Below the pieces are notes generated by a model. It was not told the DNA's origin. It was given only the letters and a program-made list of their open reading frames with translations, and did no database searches. Shown one piece after another: positions 1 to 9,931 of a stretch of DNA of 29,216 nt (position 1 is the stretch's first letter; each line of letters begins with the position of its first letter). Source of the stretch: a virus (Duplodnaviria; Caudoviricetes); the IMG/VR virus record IMGVR_UViG_3300025626_000097, positions 1 to 29,216 of that record; one strand, written 5' to 3'. Made by a program: the position numbers and the translations under genes.

Positions 1-3000
1 TCACCAGTAGCAGAGGTATCTTGCAAGCGCAATATTTCATCGCCTGCGTGACTTATTGTTAGTAAGCCGCTCATTGTATCAGCAGTGTTACTACGTAAAT
101 AGTTACTACCGTCAACACCATCTAGTGTTGTAGCATCAACATTTGTTAAGCCACTACCATTACCAGTAAATGTACTTGTACCAATGTTGATGTTACCAAA
201 TCCACTGCTGATCTCACCAGCGCCTAGCGCACCAGTACCAGTTAAGTTACTGTATGTTCCTGTGATACGTGCATTTGGAACTGTACCACTTCCAATGTTG
301 CCAGCGTTAATAGCCGATATGTTTGCGCCATTGCCGTAGAAGTTGCCAGCATATAAGTTACCAGCAACACCCATACCGCCTGAAACTTTAACTGCACCAG
401 TTGTAACTGATGTTGCAGCAGTTGTGTTAGTAAAGGTTTTAATACCTCCCATACTTTGGTTCCCACCAAGTCTGCCGCCAGCTACAGTACCGGTACTCAA
501 GTTACTTGCATTAAGTGTTGTTAATCCGCTACCATTGGCAGTGATTATATCAGTACCAATGTTGATGCTTCCAAATCCGTTAGTAATACTACCACTGTTT
601 AGAATACCTGTTCCTGTAATATCAGCTTGGTGCTGTGTAATACTGCTGGACGATATTCTAGCATCTGCTACAGTGCCGCTGCTCAAGGCAGTTGCACTAA
701 GTGTTGTTAGTCCACTACCGTTACCTGAGAAGATACTTGTACCAATGTTGATGCTTCCAAACCCACTAGTAATACTACCAGCATTTAGAGCACCTGTTCC
801 TGTAATACTCAACTGGTGTTGTGTAACACCGCTTGCTTGTATACGTGCATCTGGAATAGTTCCACTTGTTAAGAAAGCAGCACTCATATCACCAATAAAG
901 TTGTCTGCACGTATATCTTTGTTTACATACAAACCGCCTGTTATTTTAACTGCTGCACTGCCAGCTGCAAATGTTGCGCCGGTTGCATTTGTACCGTCTG
1001 TGAATGTTACAAAGTTGTTTGAAGCAAGTGTTGTAAATGCACCAGTACTCGGTGTTACATTGCCAATTGGTGTGTTGTTGATTCTACTAACAAACAAATC
1101 ACCATCAACATACATATCAGTGTTTGTACGTAAATCCATACGTACAATCATTTCACCTAAGTCGCCTGCAAGAGTTGCTGCTGCTTTGGTTTCACCGACT
1201 ACAATTTCAGTAGCAGCCTGCGCCATTGCCAATGTTGTAACATTGTCTTTTAACAAGTTAAATGTGCCAGTTTCGTCTGTATCAAGTGTTGTACCGTTTA
1301 CAAACAAATTGCCTGCTAAGTTAACATTTGTATTTCTAATGTTAAAGTTACCAGTTGTAGCACCTGCGGTAACTGTTGTTGCTGCGCCACCTATATTAAG
1401 TGTAGTTGCAGTTGCATTAACAAGATTAAATGTTGCTGCGCCAGTGGTGATGTCGCCGCCGTCTACATTTAGATCAAGGTCGATATCAACATTGTTGTGT
1501 ACAGTTGTTGTACCAGTTGCTGCACCAATTTCAACACTAGTAGCAGCGCCACCCATATTAATTGATGTTGCAGTTGTGTCAAACAATGCCATTGTAGCAC
1601 TTGCAGCATCGATGCCTGTAGTGAAACTTGGCGATGTAGCAAATACTGCTGCACCTGTTCCAGTTTCGTCACTTAGTACACCACGCAGTTGCGCACTTGT
1701 AGTTGAAGCAAACTGACTTAATGGATTGCCTGTGATAGCAAGTGTACCGCTTGTTGGAAGGGTTATACTAGTTGCACCTGTGGTTGTTACGCCAAGTGTA
1801 TGAGCGCCAGTGTGCGTAAAGTTGCCGCCAAGTGTAATAGTTTTACTGCCATTGTTTATACCAGTGCCACCGTATGCTGGATCAACAATTGTACCTTGCC
1901 AAACACCAGTTCCGATAGTTCCAACTTGCTGTAGACTACTGTTAACAACTGCGGCGCCAAGTGTTGTACTATTAAGTACATCTGCATCATTAATAAAATA
2001 TGCTTTTCCACTTGCTAAGTTAAAGTCTTCTGATGAATCCCAACTAGTATTTGCATTGTCCCAAGTAAGTGTAGCGTTTGCACCATCAACTGTAATACCA
2101 GCGCCATTTGCTGCTGCACCGTTGGCTGCACCACTTGCTACAACAATGTTAAGATCGTCAACTGTAAGTGTTGTACTATTAATAGTTGTAGTATCACCAT
2201 TAACTGTTAGGTCTCCGGTAACAATCAAGTCGTGTCCGATAGTAGTTGTGCCGCCACCGTCTCCACCAGTACCAATATTAATTGTTGTTCCTGCTGCTGC
2301 AATGTTAACAGTTGTTGGAGTTGCCAACAAGTTAAATGTACTTTGATCAGTGTTTAAGTCGCCGCCGTTAACATCAACATCGTGTGCAAAAGTAGTTTTG
2401 CCTGTTGCTGCACCAACGTTTATAGCAGTAGCAGCGCCGCCCATATTGATAGTTGTTGCTGTATCGTTTAGTAGGGCAACTGTTGTTTCGCTTGTGCTTA
2501 CTACTGCGTCAACTTCAACTTCACCTGTAAATGTTGCTTTACCACTTGTGTCAATAGTTAAACGTGTTGTAGATGTGTGTGCAAAATCACTTGATGTTGA
2601 AACTTCACCAGTTTTAATAACTACATCGCCACCTGTTGCATTACCTGTACCATCGCCACCTGCAATAGTAACACTACCGCCTGCAACATTTGTACCAATG
2701 CCGCTTGTGCCTTTGAGTGTTGAACTAGTAGGAGTAGTACTTGCTTCTGCATTACCAAATACAACAGTACTATTTCTAATAACCATGTTATTGCCAATGT
2801 TAAGAGTACCTTGTACAATATCTAACGGATCCGAAGTAACATTAGCATCAGTTTGAATAGTAAATGATGTTGCGTTAAATGTAGCACCTGTTACTGGCCA
2901 AGTCCCGTCTAAGTTTGTTACTGCACTACTTGCAATAGTAATACTATCACCAACAAGCACACCAAGCGTTTTTGGAGTGTATGTAAATGATAATGTAGTA

Positions 3001-6000
3001 CCAGTTGTAATAGTACCAGTAGTCTTTGCACTAATGTAAATATATTCATCAGTAACACCACTAACAGTTGTATTTGATGGAATACTGCCACTACCTGTAA
3101 TAAGCATTCCAGCCTGGATATTAGAAGTGTCAGACATTGGAACTTCTGTTTCTTGGTTTGCAGTTACAGAGTTTGTATTTACTGTAATACTACCTAACTC
3201 AACAGCAACATCTTGCGAACTAGTTGCATCGTAACCATCAACAAATGCTGTCAAGTTACGTGTTGCGGCTGCATTGCCTATTTTAATATTAGTTGCTGCG
3301 CCACCAATTTCAATACTAGTAACATTTGCATTATAAATACTACCGCTACCTGTACTGGATGAGTTAAGTGAAGCGTTACCAACATCAAGACCTTCTGATA
3401 GATCTAGTGCAGTTCCCCATTCTGGTACCACACCGTTTGATTTTAAGAAACTGTTGTTTCTACCAATGTTGAGAGTGTTTAAACTACCTGTGGTTTGTGC
3501 ATATATCATGTCGCCGATTGCGTATGTACTAATGTTTGTACCACCTCTTGCAACTGGAACAAGACTTGTTAAGTTGGCTGGGTTTAAGAAGTATGCACTG
3601 TCTAGTCCGTCTACTGTACCTGCATCTACAACACCGTCTTTGATAAACACTTCGCCACTGCCGTTGTTGTTAACATCAAACTGCGACTGTAAGAATCTAC
3701 TGACACCCAATGTTGAGAATGTTTGTAGTGTTGCAAAGTCTGCATTGGCAATGCCGATGTTTACAGGGTCGCCGTAGAACTCGCCGCCGACACTGCTACC
3801 TGTTAGTGTAATAGGGTTATCAGTTGTATTTTGCTTTTTAAGAGTTTGTACAACATTTTTATAACCACTATCACCAAACAACGCTGTATCCGAGTTTGGT
3901 ACACCGCTGGCACCCAATCTCGAAGGACTAATTGTACCAGAAATAATATTTTCAGCGTCAATGTTTGTTGCAGCCAAACTGTTCCAGTTTTTGATTAATC
4001 TACTAGAAGTGTTAATAACTCCATTAACTTGTACGTTGTTTTGAATGATACTTGCACTACCTACGCCAATGCCGTCAATGTCCTTGGCGTTGGTTACTAG
4101 GTCGTTTATACTACTCAATGCATCACTGCGTAACTCGTGTAATGTAAAACTGTTGGTTGTTACAGACCCTACAAAGAATCTCGAACCAGATGCAACAGCT
4201 TCTGCGTTAACACTAAACAATACATTTGATGAACTGCCATCACTCAACGATTCTACTCTGATAGCATTACCAGTTATATATCCGTGATTTTCAACAACAA
4301 TACTATTATCAACTAGGTTAACTGTATTTCTTGTAAGTGTATGACCGTTGTTAGCAGGAGTACTTAGGAAATCAATTTGGTTTAATCTTGCAAAGCCTGA
4401 ATACAATTCAAAGATGTCATTGTCAATCTTTTTAACATAATACACCAATCCGTTGTTCATGCCGCCGATTGCAACGTTACCATTTGTATTGTATGTAACA
4501 GGATCGCCTGTTTCAAAACCGTGACCTGCAACAGTAATACGAGAATCTGTGTAGTTAACTGCACCGCCGGATCCAAGTAGACCTGCCAAGAAAGTATTTT
4601 CAATAATGTCATCTAAGTTGATAGTTTTTGCATTTTGCACAGATGTGTTGTCTTCAACAAAGTCAATACTTGATGTACTAGCAACATAAAGTTCGCCGCC
4701 TAGGATATCAACATATGCACGTTTTTCAAATGAAGTTACTTCAATTTCAAATCCACTACCTGTGCCGCCGACACTGGATGCTGCAACACTTAGTAGGTCA
4801 GCAGTATCATAACCAGTTCCACCAGTTTTAATATCAACGTCGGTAACCTGTCCAGCTGTAATAGTAATGTCTGCTGTTGCGCCTGTTCCTGAACCTGTGT
4901 TGTTTGTAAATGCTACATTTGAATAAGTTTTTGTTGCATCAGTCGGAGTATACAAACTACCGCCTGTGATGTTAGCATTGTCAACACCAGTTAAGATACC
5001 AAAGCGAACTTCGGTAACAGCACCTTGTGCATTACCATCTGCCGAAGTAACAATAGTTCTTGCAGTACCTGGAACAGTTTTTTCACTTTCATTATCGCCT
5101 GTGTTAGCAATAGTAAATGTTGTTGCTGTAGGAATAGTTAGTACTAGTGTATTTTCATTGTATGTTGTATCATCTGGAACCAAAACTTGTACATTAACAT
5201 CTGGTTGTAGGTTGTGGGCGCCGGATGTTGTGATAGTAGAAATGTTGCCACTACGTGCAACATCTGTAATAACTGCACTAGTAAATGTGTAACTATCATC
5301 AGGATCTAGTATCAAGTATTGACTTGAGTTTGAACTACGTAGGAAGAAGTTATCAACAATTTCTGAGTTTGCACCTTTACTAGTTGGTCTAACTCCAGAG
5401 TCAACACCGTTAACAAACAAGTTAGGAGAAGTACCACTAACGTCCCATGGATCGCCTGTACTATCATCTTCGCTGTTCCATGCCGCAGTAGCGGAGGCAA
5501 CAAGAATGTTTCCACTGAGTGTATACCTACCTTTTGCATAAGCAGTAGCACCTTCGATGCCAGGTTGTGTAATAACATCACCGTCGGCAGCAGTAATATT
5601 TCCACTGAGTGTAAGTTCTACTTGCTCATAGTTTTCTGTAGCAATGTCACCAGCTTTAAGATCAATAGCTGGAATATCGTCAACTTGACGTAGTTTTGAC
5701 AAATAACCTGCTGTGTTTGTGTTTGTAAACTGACGTGTGGCAGGAATCAAATCACCGTTCAACTGACCGTTGGTGTTAAGTTGAACAATAGCACCTGGCA
5801 CTGCTGCTGTACTAACTGATTTGTCAACAAAGCCGCCAAGTCTGTTGTTAATAAACGAACGTACTGCCAACTGTGTTACCATTCTCGAATCACTCGATCC
5901 GCCAATTTCATCGTCACCTAAGTTAACACTTGTTGAGATTTCTTCAATAGCAACATCTGAAAGACTTAGACGTAGCGCATCAAGTTCGTCTACCTGCACT

Positions 6001-9000
6001 TTGTTTCTAAATGTAATGTTACCTGTTCTGTTGAACGCTGTAATAAAGTCACCAACTTTAAAGTCACCAAGTTCGTTTGTACCTGAAGAGTAAACACGAC
6101 CTGGAAGTTCTTCATACTGTTCAAACTCAGTTCTTGTATTACCACCGTTTTGTGGCAACGCATTATAGTCAACACCAGAACCTGCATATTCCCAAGTGTG
6201 TGATGACGAGTTAACAATACTAGGTCTATGGAACCATATTTGTTTTTCTAACAAGTTAGCCAAGTTGGTTAAACTTGCACTGCCGTCTGTAGCAGTGATT
6301 GAGAATGTTGCAGTACCAAGGCCAGTTTTTGTTGCAGTTTCATTAATACTAATTGTTGAATTTGGTGTGCCTGCATGGTCTTGACTAATAATACTTGTTT
6401 CATCAAACTGTACACGCAATGTACTTGATCCAACTGCAACTTCTTCAATACTTACAACTAGTCTGCGCTCTCTTGGTTCCCATTTTGCTACAATAGCACT
6501 GTTGTTGTTTACGCCAGTTGTACCAGTAATTGTTTTACCTGGAGTAAACTCATAACTTTCAGCTCCTGATTCTAATATCAATGTTTGGTATGTTTGGTGA
6601 GAACTAGTAATTTCTTCAACAAAGAACTCAATAACATTTGAGAATAACTTGTGAGTATTAACACCAACACCCTTGATGTCAACATCAAAGTCGCCTGATT
6701 CATCAAATGTTAAACTAAACTCATCGTCACTGATGATTTTAATATAATATGTTTGTTCTGCATCAAGACCTTTAATAGCAGGATTTCCGTCTGGATCGTA
6801 AATAACCTTCTGGCCATTTGAGAAGCCGTGGTCTACAATAGTAAACACATTTACTGCAGGTGTAACTTCGGTAGCGGCATTAAATGTAGTTTCAGTTGGG
6901 GTAGTTTTATAATCGTTTGTAATATCACCTTCACTGCTTACTTCAGTTGGATTTGGCAAGTCACTCGGATCGTTAATAATTGTTTTTACAATATTAAACT
7001 TTTCGGATACAAAGTCCTGAACGTCTGCACTTTCACCTGTAATGTAAGTTAGTGCCTCAATTTTTGCTCTTTCAATTGCTGCAATAGTTTGCATTTCTTG
7101 ACCACTAATACTAATACGTGAACTATCTTGTAAGTTTTGTGTATAGTAAGCTAAGCCAGCACTGCGTGAATATCTATTACCAGTATCGTATATATCTTGT
7201 GCAACTGCGTCAACAATCAGTTGGGTATCTCTATTACATTTTGATTGGTCATAAACAAAGCCATACCACATATTAGCTTGTATTTGTTCATTGATATACT
7301 GCGTAACATTTTGTGCAAGATTAATTCTGCCGGTTAAATCTAGTATATAGTAGTCATCTTGTAGTGTTTGTGCAGTCCAGGTAATATCTGGAACAACAAC
7401 AGTAGGCAGTGTTTCACCTACACTATTTAAGTATCCAGTGATATCGTCAATTCTAGCAGTAGCCCAATCAGCAGCAGCTTCGCTACCTGCTGTTCCACTA
7501 GTGTCTTGTGTTTCTGCGTTGCCAGCACTAACTGTAACAGTTTCTTCTTGAATAACTTGATCGATAATAACTTTTAGTCGACCGTATGCTGCAACAGTTT
7601 CTTCTAACTGACCTGCACCATATTGTGCAACGCCACTAACAAAATAAGCAAGTGCTGCATTATATGTTTCTAAGTTGCCGCCGTATGTTAAATCATAAGA
7701 AAGTGCGTCAACAATCAGTCCTGTGTCTCTTTCGCACTTGGCTTCGTTGTATACAAATCCTGACACAAATGGAGCGTTCTCTGCTGCAATCTGTACATTG
7801 AGCCATGCTGTAAGTTCTTTTTGTAGGAATAATTTGTTATTATTCAGCTGTATTACTGCATTTGCAAATCCTGCATCACTTGCGTTATTACTTCCGCCGG
7901 TTGGAGTCGGACGTGAGTATGCGGCTGCAACACTATCACCAGGAACAGTATTTGCATCGCCGTTGGTGATAATATCAATAATTTCATCCCAAAGTGCGTT
8001 AGCTCTACTTGTTGCTGTAGCATCAGTGAGTGCATTTGCAGTAAGTGCCTTTGCTTGACCAAATGCTGCAATGTGCTGGGTTTTTTGTGCAGCAAACGAT
8101 GCATCTGCAAAAGATCCACTAAAATATCTTAGTGCAGCACTTACACTTCTGTGATTACTATTAAACAAGAAGTCATATCTAATTGCATCAAGTAAGAGTT
8201 GTGTATCTCTGCGACACTTATCTTCGTTGTATGTAAACCCTGCCCAGATACTTTCTGTTGCGCCTGATACTTGTGTATTAATCCAACTAACAACATCATT
8301 AGCAATAATATCTTTGTTGAGTTTAAGTTGATCCGATGCTGTCTTATAACCTGGTTCACGGAAGCGAACAACAAATTCTTCAACTGGTGAATCACGATTA
8401 ATGCCCACAGCAGTTATTGTTTGCTTGCCTTCAAACTGACCAGTTGCTGTAACAAATGCTCTGTCAAACTGGAACGCTTTAGGTGAGTACCCACTACTTC
8501 TCAACGCATACAAACCAAAGTTTGTAGCAGAGTTGGTAATAGAACAGTAACCGCCACTTTGTGTATAAACACCATTTAGTAGGAAGATTTCAAAACAAGA
8601 CACAATCTGTGCATAAGCATCGTTGGTTAGACGCCACGCAGTACCACCAAAACTTAGAATAGTAAATGCGTTAGCAACCATTGATTTACCTTGCTCAGGT
8701 ATTGCGCCAACTACTGGATTTTCTGCTTCGATTTGGTTAACCGGAACGTTTGGAGATTCAACTTTTGAACCATCAATCTTTGCTCCGTTCATACCTAAGA
8801 ACGAAATAATACTTGCGTTTTGGATATACGGCGATGTTGTAATAGTTGGTTTTGTATTTGGTAAGTTTGTATATGTATCGCGATCAGCTACGTCTGTAGC
8901 ATCTGGATCATCAAATGCAACAGCATAGTCAGCTGTAATAAGCGGAACAAAGTTGTCGTCGACTCCGTCTCGGAATGTAAATTCACCAAAGTAACAAGCG

Positions 9001-9764
9001 TTACGAACACGTAGCATGTCCAAGTTGGCATTGGCAGGACGAATAATACAACCACGCAGACCGTCACCTTTGATAACTGTGTTATCTGGAACAATGATCG
9101 GGTTATCTTCTGTGTAGTCGCCAACAGCAACTTTGATGTTAATACGCTTGAATGTAATAGTACCGTCTGCATTATATACTTGTGCGGAAGCTAGTTGACA
9201 AGCACGTTTAACAGTTTTAACTGGAGCACTTTGTCCGTCGTTTGCATCGTCACCTTGTTCAGCACTAACGTAAATAACATTACCGCCAAAAATATCAGCA
9301 TCGTTAAAGAATAACTCGCCGTTACCGTTGGTTGACAAGATTTGACCAATTGTACCTTGACTAGAAGGCAGTGTCAAGTTATAGCCAGCATCTAATGTAT
9401 TTGGTGCTTTGATACTAATACCATCGGCACCCGAAGCAGAAAGTTCTTTAAAAGTAAGTGTTTCAGCATTTTCAATATTAACTGCATCTTTGAAGTTAAT
9501 GTCTGTATCTGTAATAGTAAATCTATCAGTGTTATTGATTGTAGCTGTAATCTGTGCTTGATCGGCTGCACCTAAGTCATCAACTTTTAACTGACTGTCA
9601 CCTTCGAAGATTCGTTTTGTAATATCTTGAATAGTGTTATCATCACGTAGTAAATATACTTTACCATCCGCTGTGTTGATTGCTAGTTCGCCGCTTTGAA
9701 GTTGTCCTACGCTAGGTACGTTACCCGCTACTGCACTTCTTTTATGTCTAATCCTTGTTGCCAT
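1..9764 (-). CDS. Giant virion fibre/appendage protein B, over 3254 aa, 3' end runs off the left edge. Mtd_N-like N-terminus, split pectin-lyase-like beta-helix, 3 KCxRD helical units, HG(F/Y)xxG beta-barrel repeats, then beta-rich shaft repeats
   Basis: ATG at 9764-9762 with AGGAGG Shine-Dalgarno at 9780-9775. By hand it translates MATRIRHKRSAVAGNVPSVGQLQSGELAINTADGKVYLL... and I found no in-frame stop down to position 3 (...DATTLDGVDGSNYLRSNTADTMSGLLTISHAGDEILRLQDTSATG). The ORF track lists no fragments in this frame, consistent with one open, unterminated frame. It is paralogous to 9932..19333. Confidence 0.93.
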   Translation of the reverse strand, partial: MATRIRHKRSAVAGNVPSVGQLQSGELAINTADGKVYLLRDDNTIQDITKRIFEGDSQLKVDDLGAADQAQITATINNTDRFTITDTDINFKDAVNIENAETLTFKELSASGADGISIKAPNTLDAGYNLTLPSSQGTIGQILSTNGNGELFFNDADIFGGNVIYVSAEQGDDANDGQSAPVKTVKRACQLASAQVYNADGTITFKRINIKVAVGDYTEDNPIIVPDNTVIKGDGLRGCIIRPANANLDMLRVRNACYFGEFTFRDGVDDNFVPLITADYAVAFDDPDATDVADRDTYTNLPNTKPTITTSPYIQNASIISFLGMNGAKIDGSKVESPNVPVNQIEAENPVVGAIPEQGKSMVANAFTILSFGGTAWRLTNDAYAQIVSCFEIFLLNGVYTQSGGYCSITNSATNFGLYALRSSGYSPKAFQFDRAFVTATGQFEGKQTITAVGINRDSPVEEFVVRFREPGYKTASDQLKLNKDIIANDVVSWINTQVSGATESIWAGFTYNEDKCRRDTQLLLDAIRYDFLFNSNHRSVSAALRYFSGSFADASFAAQKTQHIAAFGQAKALTANALTDATATSRANALWDEIIDIITNGDANTVPGDSVAAAYSRPTPTGGSNNASDAGFANAVIQLNNNKLFLQKELTAWLNVQIAAENAPFVSGFVYNEAKCERDTGLIVDALSYDLTYGGNLETYNAALAYFVSGVAQYGAGQLEETVAAYGRLKVIIDQVIQEETVTVSAGNAETQDTSGTAGSEAAADWATARIDDITGYLNSVGETLPTVVVPDITWTAQTLQDDYYILDLTGRINLAQNVTQYINEQIQANMWYGFVYDQSKCNRDTQLIVDAVAQDIYDTGNRYSRSAGLAYYTQNLQDSSRISISGQEMQTIAAIERAKIEALTYITGESADVQDFVSEKFNIVKTIINDPSDLPNPTEVSSEGDITNDYKTTPTETTFNAATEVTPAVNVFTIVDHGFSNGQKVIYDPDGNPAIKGLDAEQTYYIKIISDDEFSLTFDESGDFDVDIKGVGVNTHKLFSNVIEFFVEEITSSHQTYQTLILESGAESYEFTPGKTITGTTGVNNNSAIVAKWEPRERRLVVSIEEVAVGSSTLRVQFDETSIISQDHAGTPNSTISINETATKTGLGTATFSITATDGSASLTNLANLLEKQIWFHRPSIVNSSSHTWEYAGSGVDYNALPQNGGNTRTEFEQYEELPGRVYSSGTNELGDFKVGDFITAFNRTGNITFRNKVQVDELDALRLSLSDVAIEEISTSVNLGDDEIGGSSDSRMVTQLAVRSFINNRLGGFVDKSVSTAAVPGAIVQLNTNGQLNGDLIPATRQFTNTNTAGYLSKLRQVDDIPAIDLKAGDIATENYEQVELTLSGNITAADGDVITQPGIEGATAYAKGRYTLSGNILVASATAAWNSEDDSTGDPWDVSGTSPNLFVNGVDSGVRPTSKGANSEIVDNFFLRSSNSSQYLILDPDDSYTFTSAVITDVARSGNISTITTSGAHNLQPDVNVQVLVPDDTTYNENTLVLTIPTATTFTIANTGDNESEKTVPGTARTIVTSADGNAQGAVTEVRFGILTGVDNANITGGSLYTPTDATKTYSNVAFTNNTGSGTGATADITITAGQVTDVDIKTGGTGYDTADLLSVAASSVGGTGSGFEIEVTSFEKRAYVDILGGELYVASTSSIDFVEDNTSVQNAKTINLDDIIENTFLAGLLGSGGAVNYTDSRITVAGHGFETGDPVTYNTNGNVAIGGMNNGLVYYVKKIDNDIFELYSGFARLNQIDFLSTPANNGHTLTRNTVNLVDNSIVVENHGYITGNAIRVESLSDGSSSNVLFSVNAEAVASGSRFFVGSVTTNSFTLHELRSDALSSINDLVTNAKDIDGIGVGSASIIQNNVQVNGVINTSSRLIKNWNSLAATNIDAENIISGTISPSRLGASGVPNSDTALFGDSGYKNVVQTLKKQNTTDNPITLTGSSVGGEFYGDPVNIGIANADFATLQTFSTLGVSRFLQSQFDVNNNGSGEVFIKDGVVDAGTVDGLDSAYFLNPANLTSLVPVARGGTNISTYAIGDMIYAQTTGSLNTLNIGRNNSFLKSNGVVPEWGTALDLSEGLDVGNASLNSSSTGSGSIYNANVTSIEIGGAATNIKIGNAAATRNLTAFVDGYDATSSQDVAVELGSITVNTNSVTANQETEVPMSDTSNIQAGMLITGSGSIPSNTTVSGVTDEYIYISAKTTGTITTGTTLSFTYTPKTLGVLVGDSITIASSAVTNLDGTWPVTGATFNATSFTIQTDANVTSDPLDIVQGTLNIGNNMVIRNSTVVFGNAEASTTPTSSTLKGTSGIGTNVAGGSVTIAGGDGTGNATGGDVVIKTGEVSTSSDFAHTSTTRLTIDTSGKATFTGEVEVDAVVSTSETTVALLNDTATTINMGGAATAINVGAATGKTTFAHDVDVNGGDLNTDQSTFNLLATPTTVNIAAAGTTINIGTGGDGGGTTTIGHDLIVTGDLTVNGDTTTINSTTLTVDDLNIVVASGAANGAAANGAGITVDGANATLTWDNANTSWDSSEDFNLASGKAYFINDADVLNSTTLGAAVVNSSLQQVGTIGTGVWQGTIVDPAYGGTGINNGSKTITLGGNFTHTGAHTLGVTTTGATSITLPTSGTLAITGNPLSQFASTTSAQLRGVLSDETGTGAAVFATSPSFTTGIDAASATMALFDTTATSINMGGAATSVEIGAATGTTTVHNNVDIDLDLNVDGGDITTGAATFNLVNATATTLNIGGAATTVTAGATTGNFNIRNTNVNLAGNLFVNGTTLDTDETGTFNLLKDNVTTLAMAQAATEIVVGETKAAATLAGDLGEMIVRMDLRTNTDMYVDGDLFVSRINNTPIGNVTPSTGAFTTLASNNFVTFTDGTNATGATFAAGSAAVKITGGLYVNKDIRADNFIGDMSAAFLTSGTIPDARIQASGVTQHQLSITGTGALNAGSITSGFGSINIGTSIFSGNGSGLTTLSATALSSGTVADARISSSSITQHQADITGTGILNSGSITNGFGSINIGTDIITANGSGLTTLNASNLSTGTVAGGRLGGNQSMGGIKTFTNTTAATSVTTGAVKVSGGMGVAGNLYAGNFYGNGANISAINAGNIGSGTVPNARITGTYSNLTGTGALGAGEISSGFGNINIGTSTFTGNGSGLTNVDATTLDGVDGSNYLRSNTADTMSGLLTISHAGDEILRLQDTSATG
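130..875 (-). repeat. Three copies of a ~62-aa fibre-shaft repeat (GTxxDARI...ITGTGxLxxGxIxxGFGxINIGTxxxxxNGSGLT)
   Basis: The 23-mer gtaccaatgttgatgcttccaaa is identical at 553 and 739 (offset 186 nt = 62 codons). A near-identical third copy starts at 178. Confidence 0.85.
6960..8350 (-). repeat. Three tandem KCxRD alpha-helical units in giant protein B
   Basis: FTYNEDKCRRDTQLLLDAIRYD (Cys codon 8216-8214), FVYNEAKCERDTGLIVDALSYDLTYGGN (7736-7734) and FVYDQSKCNRDTQLIVDAVAQD (7238-7236). Spacings are 160 and 166 aa. Confidence 0.9.
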
Positions 9765-9841
9765 CTTGCAACTGCCTCCTATTTAGGTACGGGTCAGGTC
9801 CGAAGACGCCCAATATAAAACGATAAAAATCGCTACTAAGT

Positions 9842-9849
9842 TATTTATC
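9842..9849 (-). promoter_or_regulatory. T4-type late promoter GATAAATA for giant protein B
   Basis: Matches the T4 gp55 consensus TATAAATA at 7 of 8 positions. It lies just downstream of a terminator and about 78 nt upstream of the ATG at 9764. Confidence 0.75.
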
Positions 9850-9877
9850 AAGTTTAAAAAATGGTTACTGTATTCGT

Positions 9878-9904
9878 AAAAAAAGGGCCCGTAGAGCCCT
9901 TTTT
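9878..9904 (-). terminator. Intrinsic terminator, probably bidirectional, after the 3133-aa gene
   Basis: Minus strand reads AAAAAGGGCTC-TAC-GGGCCCTTTTTTT, a GC stem with A and T tracts on both sides, about 27 nt after the stop at 9932. Confidence 0.88.
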
Positions 9905-9931
9905 ATTATTGTTTTACTTTATTCAGTAAGT

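Noticed and set aside
242-9172. Short minus-strand ORFs at 242, 1469, 2621, 5312, 5990, 7853, 8141 and 8888
   Set aside because: All are out of frame inside the continuous giant B gene. They are not pseudogene fragments or signs of stop-codon recoding.
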